Origin: Bugula neritina
Taxonomy: Eukaryota > Animalia > Bryozoa
Assembly (NCBI GenBank): GCA_964035545.1
Contig: OZ037767.1
Coordinates: 1,251,680-1,315,679 of the forward strand
Direction of reading: 5' to 3'
DNA: 64,000 nucleotides
Part shown: one piece after another, positions 11,978-23,800 of the stretch
Layout of the letters: the number at the start of each line of letters is the position of its first letter
How positions within the stretch are numbered: the first letter of the stretch is position 1
Made by a program: the position numbers and the translations under genes
The notes under the pieces: generated by a model
Database searches by the model: none
What the model saw: only the letters and a program-made list of their open reading frames with translations
What the model was told of the DNA's origin: nothing

Positions 11978-14900
11978 ATGGCATTGTCTATTGCGATAGA
12001 GAGGTTGTGCCGAAAGCACTTCACAAAGTTAGTTTTAGCGTTAGTAGTCATCTATTTACTCTCGGCTGTACATTTCTTCAGTTCAGTCTCAAATGATAAG
12101 GAATCCAAGACGGTGGAACCATCCAAGATTGATTCCCTCCAGAAGCTAAAACAGCTGAGTAGTAGAACCACACATGCATTTCCTAAACCGCATATTACAG
12201 AAAAGTCAACACCAAAAATCAAGATACCAATATACCAGCCAATAGACATCAGTGAAGAGCACAAGAGAAAGAGGTTAAAGGTACTGAAAGAGGTCTATGC
12301 AGTACCTCATCCAGGTGACGATGTGTACAAGCTCAATGAATCTCTCAGTCGAACTATAGATCTGGACCGTAAACCCAATGACTTGCGACCAGACAAATGT
12401 AAGGAGCTAAAATATGACCTTGACAGTTTGCCAACAGTCAGCGTAATTTTTCCGATATACAACGAGGCGCTGAGCATGCTGCTGAGGGCCATACACAGCG
12501 TCATCAACAACACTCCTCAGAAACTTCTTGTAGACGTCATCTTAGTAGATGACGACAGCAAAAATGAAAACTTGAAGAAACCGTTGGATCAATATGTAGC
12601 CTTACTGCCTTCCAAAGTGAGAATACTGCGCAACTCCAAAAGGGAGGGTCTCATTAGAGCCCGTATGAGGGGTGCTGCTGTAGCAACAGGTGACGTATTG
12701 ATGTTTCAGGATGTACACACAGAGTTCTCACCAGGCTGGGCTGAAGCAGCTCTACATTATATCCAGAAGCACCCAAATACTATTGTCCAACCGGTGGTGG
12801 AGGAGCTGGAAGTTAACAAGATTACATGGCCTTCAAGGTAATTGAATGCTAGAGCTCTTTCTATTGGTTTATTGAGTGCTACAAGTGTTTTTGTTGGTTG
12901 TTCAAATGCTTCAGCTCTTTCTATTGTTATAACTGCTACAAGTCTCTTCTTTGGTATATTATATATTAGAGCTCTTGCCTTTGGTGCATTAAATAGTTTG
13001 CAGCAAAAATGGAATGGAAGTAGAACACATAGGCAGCTCTATACATGTGGCCTTTTAAAAATATATAATATTTTCCTGTGTGTAAATAATAGACCTCAAC
13101 TGCCATACTGATTTAATATAGTACTCCTAAGTAGTATATTATTGTAGTTCCATAGTATTTACTGTGTTTTCCAATAGTAAAAGGCTATTACTACTTACAG
13201 TACACTATATTCTAACAGTGAATATTACCTGCCCTCACCTACTGTCACCTACTGTCACCTACTGTCACTTACTGTCACCTACTGTCACCTACTGTCACCT
13301 ACTGTCACCTACTGTCACCTACTGTCACCTACTGTCACTTACTGTCACCTACTGTCACCTACTGTCACCTACTGTCACATGGTCAGTTTATAATACTGTT
13401 GTATATGTTATTACTTCAAGCTGCTTCTAAAATATTATTTTTGTACTACCAAAGTTTCCTTTATTGGTACCACCTACTGTATACATGTCATGCTCTAAGT
13501 AATTAATCACACAAGTTAGTAAAATATCTCGGAGTAATTAAACTCACCAACAAGTAGTAGCCTAGTTATGAGTGATGTATCATATCTACTGACTCCTTAT
13601 GCTATAGAAATGTAATATATATAGCATATTGTATGACTTTTATGTGCTATAGAAATGTAGCATATATAGCTTATTGTAAGACTTTTATGTGCTATAGAAA
13701 TGTAGCATATATAGCTTCTTGTAAGAATTCCATGTGTTACAGAGATGCCATACAGCACAAAGACATGTGGAGAGGGGTGTTCATGTGGGACATGAGGTTT
13801 GCGTGGAACTTAGTACCAAAGAAGTACACTAGTTGGCAGCTTACTGAGGTGGATCCGTGGCCCAACCCAATTCTGGTTGGTTGCTCTTTGGCCATTGGTA
13901 GAAAGTGGTTTGACCATTTGGGTATGTGTACCACCATTATATGTACCACCATTATATGTACCACTATTATATGTACCACCATTATATGTACCACCATTAT
14001 ATGTACCACTATTATATGTACCACCATTATATGTACCACCATTATATGTACCACCATTATATGTACCACCATTATATGTACCACCAATATATGTACCACC
14101 AATATATGTACCACAATTATATGTACCACCATTATATGTACCACAATTATATGTACCACCATTATATGTACCACCATTATATGTACCACTATTATGTGTA
14201 CCACCATTATATGTACCACCAATATAATATGTACCACCAATATATTATGTTTTACCAATGTTTTTCATGTCACCTACAGTACCTAAAATGCTTGAAATAT
14301 ATAATTAAAATAGCAAAAATATTATAATGAAATAAAATAATATTATAAAATAATATAATGATAAATAATATAATACAATAACATATTATTATATAAACAG
14401 TATTTGTATAGAAAAATATTTAGCAAACAAACGAACCAGCATCATAAGAGGGAATTATTTGCTATAGGCCAAAATCTTAATTTTTTTCTAAATGTTCAAA
14501 CCTATAACAGAGTTATTTTTTCTATTGTTGTTGGAAGATGTGTCAACCAAGCAATTACTCATTGAAAGATAAACTTGTTTATGCCTGTAATCATTGTAAA
14601 TGTGCATAATGTTTTAGGGGGTTTTGACCAAGGTCTCAATATTTGGGGAGGTGAGAATATAGAACTTTCGCTAAGGTCTTGGATGTGTGGAGGTAGGATG
14701 GTGATTCATCCCTGTAGCAGAATAGCCCATGTATTCAAGCCATTTTCCTATGCCTTTGATGGGGATAAAGAGCACATCATCGCAAAAAACAGTATCAGGT
14801 GAGCCTATATAGCTACTGAAGCAATTAAATTTCAAATTTGTCTAACTTAGAACAGAGAGAATTGTTTTAAAAATCTTTTTATTGCCACTAACTGTTGAAA

Positions 14901-17225
14901 AGTCTATAAATTTAGGGTAGTACTATGTATAGTGCTGTACTGTTTGTAGAGTAGTACTATGTGTAGTGCTGTACTATTTGTAGAGTATTACTATATTTTT
15001 TAGAGTCATTGAAACCTGGATGGATCAACACCGAGACTACTTTTACGCCAGTAACTACGTGTACCCGTATAAAATAGTCGAGCTCGACGAAAAGGAGAAA
15101 GATAGCCTAAAGGAGCATAAGAAACTCAGGTACCAAGGCTATGCCAGCATTCTATAGTTTTCTGCTAAACCTAAATATAGCTACCACTAATTTTATAAAA
15201 TTTGAGTATGTAATTTTTAAAAGTGGACAACTTCCTTATGTAACTTTTTACTAGATTTATAATATAACTTCATCTTTGTCTTGTCAACACATGAAGATAT
15301 CGACTATGCCACTTATGCAACTGTTTTCAGGAACAACTTTAAGGAATAAGTAATGTTTAATGTTTCGTTTATTTAGAGAAAAATTGAAATGCAAATCTTT
15401 CGACTGGTATTTGGACAATGTTTTGCCGGAAATGAACAAGCCTACAAAAGATATGCTGCGGTTCGGTGAAGTGCAGAATTTCAAGTCCAAATCATGCTGG
15501 CTGGTAAAAATATTGCTTTAAATTATATTATTTTCTAAGTTTGCAGTAATAACCGTGATCACATAAAATAATAGTGAAATACCGTACATGTTATGTTGCG
15601 CAATGTAGCTTTATATTATTATAGAGCTTGAGATTTGTTCAACATAAATTAGGATGTATGCATGAAAAATCAACTGTCTGACATGGGAACACGTATACAT
15701 GTATGTGTGTTATAGATGTTGTATAGAAATTCTTGCCTTTCTACATTCTAGAACATTCCATAGAACAATTTTAGAATGTTTCAGAAAATATTTTATAGAA
15801 TATTTCATAATATACAAAACACTGCAGTTTGTTAGGCGTAGTTAACCTCAAAGTTTATTTATAAAGCATATAATTAACGAAAATTTTAAAATTGCGATAA
15901 TCTTTTATATGATTCAAACAAAGCATTTTTGAATACTTGATCTAGGTTTAGAAAATCGGTCTATGCTTAGAAACTTAATCTAAGTTTAAAAACTTGAACT
16001 AAGTTTAGAAACCTGTTCTAAGTTTGGAAATATGGTCTGCATATGTGGAAACCTGGTCTAAATTTAGAAACTTGGTCTATATTTAGAAACTTGGTCTATA
16101 TTTAGAAAGATGATAATGATGGATATATCCTCAGCACTCCCGACTGTTACACATACTCTCGTATGAAACCAGAGCAGGAGTTCGGGCTGACAAAGGATGG
16201 ACAACTCCTGCATTTCGGAAGTTGTGTGACGGTGACCGAGCATCTCCTACTCCGCGTTGTCACTTGTGGATCTACTGATACCGAGAAAGGTAAGAGCAGA
16301 AGTTATTTCAAAAATTTGCAAAAGTTCAATAATTGAAAACAAGTTTATCTTTGAACTTTGTACATAATATGTTATAATTTATTATGTGGTTAGCAGACAA
16401 ATTTTTTGACATGCCTTTTATTACTGCTGCATTGTTTAGTTTTGTTCCTAAATTGTACAATTTATTTGCTTTTCTTAAAATTCATAAGCAAATTTAATTC
16501 GAATAAATCCGTGCAAGTTTATAGTCACTAGCCCTGTAATGAAAAGGGTTTTTTATTTTGAGCTAAGGATTTGTTTTTTTTTGTGGCGAAAGAGCAATTA
16601 TGACTGACTGTCCTTCCTAACACAACTGATCTTGTGTTTACTAAGTCAGTGCTCTAACTCTTGAACCAAAGCTGCTTCTTTTTAATACCCTAGATTTGAT
16701 AGTTTTTGGAAAAAAAGACTATGAATATCTTCATGGAAGCATTTTATAGCGGAAAATGTTTGCAAACTGACAGCTAAAGATATGAATGTAGAGTTATTTG
16801 TGTCAACTATATTTATCAAAACGTAACAAGTCTTACAACCAGTGTGGCTCAAAATATCTTAGCATATACCAACTGTTTCCCTAACTGGAAACAAGCAGCA
16901 GATGGTTGTAAACTTTACCTCCTCATCTCCATTGACTTCTAGCAACTAATTTTGTTTTATTTATTTATTTATTTGTTTATTTATTTATTTGGCTTTAGGT
17001 TGGACATTTGACCTATATGCATCACTGGGTCAGCAAATAGGAGTGTTAAAGTTCAAGTTTGCAGATGGTAAAACTCGCTGCCTGCAACAAGTGACCAACA
17101 TAGTTGAGCATCATATTAACGAGCAGATGCCCCAACTTCTAGAGTGTAAGAATGATGACCCCTGGCAGCTTTGGTACATCACTTATAACTTGGGGTACCA
17201 TTTGGTTCCTGAACGGCCTGTATAA
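11978..17225 (+). CDS. GALNT: Polypeptide N-acetylgalactosaminyltransferase (GT27) with C-terminal ricin-B-type lectin region, 7 coding exons, about 627 aa
   Basis: Exons 11978-12837, 13743-13921, 14618-14798, 15004-15129, 15377-15503, 16106-16289, 16999-17225 (1884 nt). N-terminal TM; [32 protein letters not shown], DxH (QDVH), [29 protein letters not shown]. Confidence 0.95.
13235..13379. repeat. 10-bp minisatellite (ACTGTCACCT) x~14, mid-intron
   Basis: Directly visible. Confidence 0.97.
13590..13750 (+). repeat. 45-bp tandem repeat carrying four acceptor-like AG sites, the last being the GALNT exon-2 acceptor
   Basis: TGCTATAG|AAATG at 13607, 13652 and 13697; TGTTACAG|AGATG at 13742; exact 45-bp spacing. 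Confidence 0.93.
13922..14260 (+). repeat. 15-bp minisatellite (ATGTACCACCATTAT) x~22 starting at the GALNT exon-2 donor
   Basis: Begins in the GTATGT donor; explains the CTTII/VVHIM/YHHYM ORFs. Confidence 0.97.
14910..15007 (+). repeat. 34-bp tandem repeat (~2.5 units) ending at the GALNT exon-4 acceptor
   Basis: TTTGTAG|AGT at 14949 and 14983; real TTTTAG|AGT at 15003. Confidence 0.85.
15940..16108 (+). repeat. 19-bp tandem repeat (~8 units) ending at the GALNT exon-6 acceptor
   Basis: TTTAG|AAACTTGGTCTATA units with AG at 16067, 16086 and the real site at 16105; more degenerate upstream. Confidence 0.9.
16505..16680 (-). mobile_element. Degenerate, internally deleted copy of the tRNA-derived SINE at 23830-24047
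   Basis: Shares GCAAGTTTATAGTC.CTA.CCCTGT, AAAGGGTTTT, GCTAAGGA, TTATGACTG..TTCCTAACA, GCTCTAAC..GCTGCT in the same order. Confidence 0.75.
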
Positions 17226-18917
17226 CGAGCATCACATCCTCACCAGCGTCCCTCTTGCAATAAAAGAACGAAAGACTGGGCGGAGGTTTTGGCAACAAAC
17301 GCAGAAGATGTTTTCTTACAGTCCAAACATGGTATTTAATCAGATGGTAGAATCCAAGTGTAGCCACCCATTTTCTATGAAGTGTCTAGTCAGAATTGGT
17401 AATCCTATTATATGCACAGCTAATAATATCTCTGCAACATGGATTATGCAATTATTTGTGTTTACAATGCTTAATCTTCCTCGTTTGAAATTGACTGAAG
17501 AATTTTTTTAAAACTATTTATGCCCATACTTTGTATAATTCACTGCAATATTGTAAATAGTAGATACACTAAATTTGAACATAATATTTTTGCGGGAAAA
17601 ATCTCTATTGTTTAAAAATTCTAAAAATATAGTCAGCTTTGTTTAAGTTAGACACCAAGTGAAAAACTAATTAGTAACTTGAGTGTTGTTGAATAAATTG
17701 ACTTTAAAAATCTCTGCAAGTTCTATTATATACTAATAACTAAGCAATTATAGTTGAATTATCATGACATGAGTAAATTGAAAACTCAGTCCTTAAACTG
17801 TTAGTAGTGGTGTAGAACATAGTGGCTTACAAAATTAAATAATAGGTTTTAATTTATTTTTCGAAGAGATTAAAAAGTCTAATGTACATGTATGATATTT
17901 AATAGATTTTGCTACTTTTGTTCGTTTTCTAATGGGATTGACCAAATATTATATAGAGAATTATAAAGGATCTGCATAATGGTACAATAAAATACTTGTT
18001 AGCACATTTACTTTTATTAGGAAATAAAATTATTTATACCAGAGGAAAGATCTTGTCTTTTTATACAAATTAACAAATTTTGCATTATACTGTATATCTT
18101 TTAAGTATTAAAAATCTGTATATTTGAAGGTTTTTGCTTTTTAATGTCACACACATTAAAGGGCGAGAAATGCATTCTGGGACATGTTATATAACAAGTG
18201 ATACTGAGGGCTGAGAAGTATTGTTGCCATGCCAATAAAACAAAAAAGCCAATAACAAGGTCTGACATATATGACGGAAAAACTGAAAGTAAATCTTAAA
18301 AATAAATACATAACTATATAATTTATTATATATATGAAATATAATTTAATGCTATTACAAATAATATAACTGGAAAAATTTGAACAAGTTAGCAAGTGTG
18401 ATGGGACACAACTTATATATTACACGGAGCTACTTATAAGATATTGCATAATAATTACAGCCATTTTTCACTCAAAACATGCATACCATATTAGTCAATG
18501 AAATACAGTATATACTTTGGATTTATATTCTCCGGCATAAAAACTAAATGACATAAGAAACTCTGAGAGAGGAAAAGAAATACATTTTCTAAAAGAGCTA
18601 AAGGAAGAAGTATATAATATGTAATCACCCTGCAATAGCATTATTTTGAATATCCTTCAAACAATAGAGCATAATTTAATGGCACTAAAACATCCCAGCA
18701 TGTCATGAAATATCTCGTATTATAACTTGATATGTCACATTGTTCTAAAATGCACTTATATAATTCATTATTGTACTAAAGCTTTGTGCAGCTTTTAAAT
18801 CAAATCACCATTGTAGCAACATCACATTGTCTACCCTTATATATTTTAGAATACTATGGTAAATTCTCTAGCAATATGGTACATTTTAGAATCTATAGAT
18901 CGTTCTAAACTTTAGAC

Positions 18918-19018
18918 ACAATTCACCATTATGAAGCTTTGTATATCTTTTCCTAGGTTCCTTTAGATTCTAAAGGAACCTGAGAAAAGATACACAAAGC
19001 TGCATAATGGTGAATTGT
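18918..19018. repeat. 101-bp near-perfect palindrome (50-bp arms, 1-nt loop)
   Basis: Arm 18918-18967 versus reverse complement of 18969-19018: about 46/50 matches. Confidence 0.92.
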
Positions 19019-20880
19019 ATCATTATGTTGGTAAACACTGGCAACTTATTTACATGACTCAAATTAATTTAAGTATTAGCAAGTGTTAAACTAACCCACA
19101 CCCTTCCCTTCCCTCCCCTCAGACGAAACTAGCATACTAAGAGATGGTGATGCAATATGATTTATATATGAGTAATGTAATACTGGGCACCAACTTTGCG
19201 TTATAATCAATTATAGAAAAACAATTTTGTAATGCCACAATCTATAAAAAAAGCCAAATAAAAGCTTTGATTTATAAGCTTAATAAACTGACATGCTTAA
19301 TTAAGTATGCAAGACAGAGATTAAGAAACACCAAATATTCCCCTTGGATGTTAATAGTTCCTTATATCCAAAATATTGCCACATTATCATATTTCCTCAT
19401 GCACAGTCATCATATTATAGCAGGTAAACATAGTATAACTTGAAATAGTAAATATGAATACCTGCATGTAAACAACAAATTTAATATCATAGCAGGTGGC
19501 AAACTAAAACACCCCAGTCATTTGTTATTATTTGGCCATCTTGCATCTAGCCCTAATCAGTTTTAGACCATATTATTTTCTAGACTTCTCAAAAAACATT
19601 TTTATGTGAAATATTTTGATTTTGCTGTTGCCAAAGACATGTAATCAAATTACTGCTATAAGCACATATTTCATTGAATGAGAATATTAGATAATATGAA
19701 TAAAAATTATATTTATCTATTTTACAAATTATGTTGCTAAAACTGTAGCCAATACATGTTGAAATTTGAAACCTATCTGTGATTCACTTTGATAGCCCAA
19801 AGAATTGTTCTGCATTTAACAAAAAAAATTTATTAGCTACCCAAACGTTTAATTATGTTTAAATGTTTAATTTAATGTTTTCTAAAAACTGTTTTTATAA
19901 GAGTAGCAATTTAGTTATATATAATATGACTTTCTATGGTTTCATTTTATTAAAAAATTTCTTCTTGATTTGTCTGACATGATCAGATAATCCAGTACAT
20001 CTTAACAGGGTTAGCATGTGGCTTAACTTTTTAGAGATTTTAAAGACTAATTTCTGCAAGTTCATAATAGAATCAAAGTTCTTGTATAAAACACGAGAGA
20101 ATTATTAGTGTTGTCATCATGTTTTGTTATTATAAACAGTTCTTTGGAATTAGATCATACGTGTCTAACACTTTCCTTATCACTATGATTATGAAATACG
20201 GTCATACTGTGGATTTTATGCATTATATAGTAGCTAATCAGCATGGCCATGCGTATCTAATAACTTGGTGATTCATTTTATATGAAATATTTTATCATAT
20301 TAACAATATTACAAAAGCTCTTTATAAGAATGATTTTAGGCAGTTGAGAGAAACAGGTGTAAAATGTTTATGTACCAAAATAACAGCTCATCTTAGAGGT
20401 TAGTAGATTATTACAGTTTATTATGCAGCGGAAAAGTATACGTCATTATCTATTATATAATGTATACATGAGTATAACCCTATAGAAAAATGCTCATAAA
20501 GCATGACGTGAACATTCAACATTCAACAGTATATATACTACTATAAAATATAAGTCTTTACATATTATATTGTGATTAGCTTTGAATAAAATATATTATT
20601 GTTTCTATACACAGCAGATTCTGATTTAAATGCCTACTAACCTTTACTAATTTGTTAATATCCTAAATTCATTTGATTATTAAAAAACTTTTTAGTTGTA
20701 AATTATTATTAATTGGACAAAATACTTTAAAGAATATAGTGATGAAAAATATATTGTTTAATGCATACATAGAATGACAAAGTATAATATAATGGCACTA
20801 AGAAAAATATGAAAAATCTTCTTCTAGTTTAGAACAGAAACTACAGGCTATAGCAATTATATGCATGAGGTTATTTGAAG

Positions 20881-23800
20881 TTAATACCCATCTGCAACCC
20901 CTTGACGTCTGAAGTCACCAACTCCTAAAATGTTCTCCTCATAAACACCAACTGAGTCACTGACGGGAATGTTGGATGTGTGGAACTCCATTTTATGACC
21001 TTTTTTAACCAGCTCATCAACATATTCCTAAAAATAGACTCAACTATAGCCACACATAAATCAATATTAAATATTATTATATTGATTGTTAAAAAATAAA
21101 AAAGTTGGTTAGATCTCCCGTATAATATTTTATAACATAATATATAGAGATTGTAGAGTAGTTTGATTGTACCATACCATTGGGAATCTGTTCTCATACA
21201 AGACATTATCTGGTAGTAACTGACTGTGTAGTCTGGGTCTAGATACAGCTTCTGTTAGGTTCATACCAAACCATAGCCGGTTAATCAGAGTCTAAAGTCA
21301 TCAAACAATAAGCAATATCTTAGGTGTATATAAGAGAATTATTTATTCAATGTAGTCAAAGCAATTGATTTCTAAAGTTCTAGACATCTTTTGCTAAATG
21401 TAATTAAAATGCTTCAATTTCAGACATTAAGCAAGTATGAGAATTACCAAAGCAGTTGCTGTGATGATCTTTGACCCTCCAGACCCCCCTGTTACCATGA
21501 CAACATCTCCATTTTGGTCAACTACCACAGTCGGACTCATGGATGACAGAGGTCTCTTTCCTGGTTCTATCCAGTTGGCGGAGTTGGAAGGAGCCACCCA
21601 TGAGTCATTGGACCAGCTCGGTTTACCTGGCATGGAGAAGTCATCCATGAGGTTGTTGAATATTATACCAGTTCTCTTCCCCATTCTCTTAGAACCCCAC
21701 CTGTGGAAATAATACTTGGAGCTTAGAACTATTCAAAATATTTATATTTTCAATGTATTGAAACTGGTGAGTAAAGTTGAAAGAAAAAGTACAAGTGTAG
21801 TTATAGCTTTTTTAATGTCACAGACAGTGAAAATTGTATTTTTAAGCTCTTGCATAAGATGATTGCAAAAAAAATTTTTGAAGATGAATTTTTCTGAAAT
21901 AAACTATATTGCACTAAAAATTAAAAAAGACTAAGAGAGAAGAGAGTTTTGGAGAACTGAGATTTTGTTTTAGGTAAATTTTCTCAGCATGTTGTGCATT
22001 GTTCAGTGATAAATAATTGTGGCATGTTCATATTAAAAATCAGCAGTATGAGTGTAAACATACGCATAATTGACAGACGTAGTGGTGGATACAGCATCTC
22101 CATTTCCTGCCAGTATAGATATTTGACTGGTTCCAGTTGTTTTCCTAGCATCGGTGGTCACTCCATAGTATTCAACATTATGAGTTTTACTGTTCGTTAT
22201 CTTCTGTCTGATTTCTTCACCAAACTCTGAATCTGTCATATTTGCTACCAACTAAAAATATGAATTACTATAAATTAAGTGTTGCTATTTTCTACACTAC
22301 CTGTATAAGTATTTCAATCCACAAAATTACTGCAGTGGATGAAAATCAAGCTAACAGTTCATACTTGAGCAGATTGCTTTATGGATATCTTAAGTCACCC
22401 GTCACATGTCAACTAATAACTCACCTGTCACATGTCAACTAATAACTCACCAGCTATCACATGTCAACTAATAACTCACCTACCACATGTCAACTAATAA
22501 CTCACCTACCACATGTCAACTAATAGCTCACCTCTGACACATCCACAAATGACCCATCACCAAGATTCATTCTGGAAGCGTATGCAAACTTTACTGCCTC
22601 AATTATCTGATGGTAGGTCGTGGCTGTTGATGGGATTTCTTCCAATTTTGGTGAAACAGACGAAGAAGTAAATTCATATCCTATAAAAGCATCACCCAAT
22701 ATAATAGTTCTGATACTTAATTAGTAAAATGTATCAGCTTGTTGTGTGGAACTCACCATCTAATATGTTGAGTATATACTGAACTACTATTTCTCACTCA
22801 CCATCTAATATGTTGAGTATATACTGAACTACTATACTTCTCACTCACCATCTAATATGTTGAGTATATACTGAACTACCACTCCTCCAGATGGTGGTGG
22901 TAAAGATATCAGTTTATAACCTCCATTTTCTATTGAACTCTGTAAAGGTTCTCTAACTTCTAGTCTGTAATTTTCCAAGTCTTCTTTAAAGATTGTCTGC
23001 CCATCTGTAAGAAAAGATAATGTTTATTCATATGATAAGAAATAACCTACTCATGGCTCAATGTAATACATGTAAATTAAACCCCCAGTGTCAAATCTTA
23101 CATTATATATTAAAATTTAACATATCTAAAATATAGCCTAAATATCACCTAGCTCTTCTAAATCAGCCACAATATCGTCTCTCAGACTTCCGTTGTAGAA
23201 AGTTTCTGGTCCTTCTGCTGCTATACGTCTGTAAGTTTCAGCCAGTTTGGTAAACACTACCGTATCTCCTTCCTTTTTTACTTCTCCAGTTTCTGGGTCT
23301 GTGAATATTGCTCTGTAATATTTTGATCAGTTGAGTTTGAAGTAATTTAACAGACATGTTCTATCTGGAAAAACAATTTCTTCAAACAAATGACATTAAA
23401 TATAACAGCAAGTAAGCGTTTTAGAAATCTAACTCACTTAAGTTGATCATCAAAGGAATCAAAGAGACGTGGCAAGTAACCAGCCACATAGGCATTTAGA
23501 GTGATTCCATTTTCTGCTAACTTTATTGATGGCTCAAACAGACGTGACCAGTTGAGTTTACCAAACTTTTGGTGTAGCTCCCAGGTACCAGCTATTTCTC
23601 CAGGGACGGCTATAGAACCTCCCCCTATAATATTCCGTATCAATTTTTCACTATAACTGTCATGATGTTCTATTTATTATATTGGCACTATGTTATCAGA
23701 ATATTTATCTAGCAGCCAATTGCATTGATTTAATGCTTATAAAAATCCACATCAATCAAATACATTAATAATATTTTTTTCATTTACATTTACATTTACA

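Noticed and set aside
13737-14327. Long ORFs with VVHIM / VPPLY / YHHYM repeats
   Set aside because: Translations of an intronic 15-bp minisatellite in several frames.
15746-15758. Heat-shock-element-like TTC..GAA..TTC (also at 2893-2905)
   Set aside because: Short, expected by chance in AT-rich DNA, intronic or not conserved between duplicate copies.
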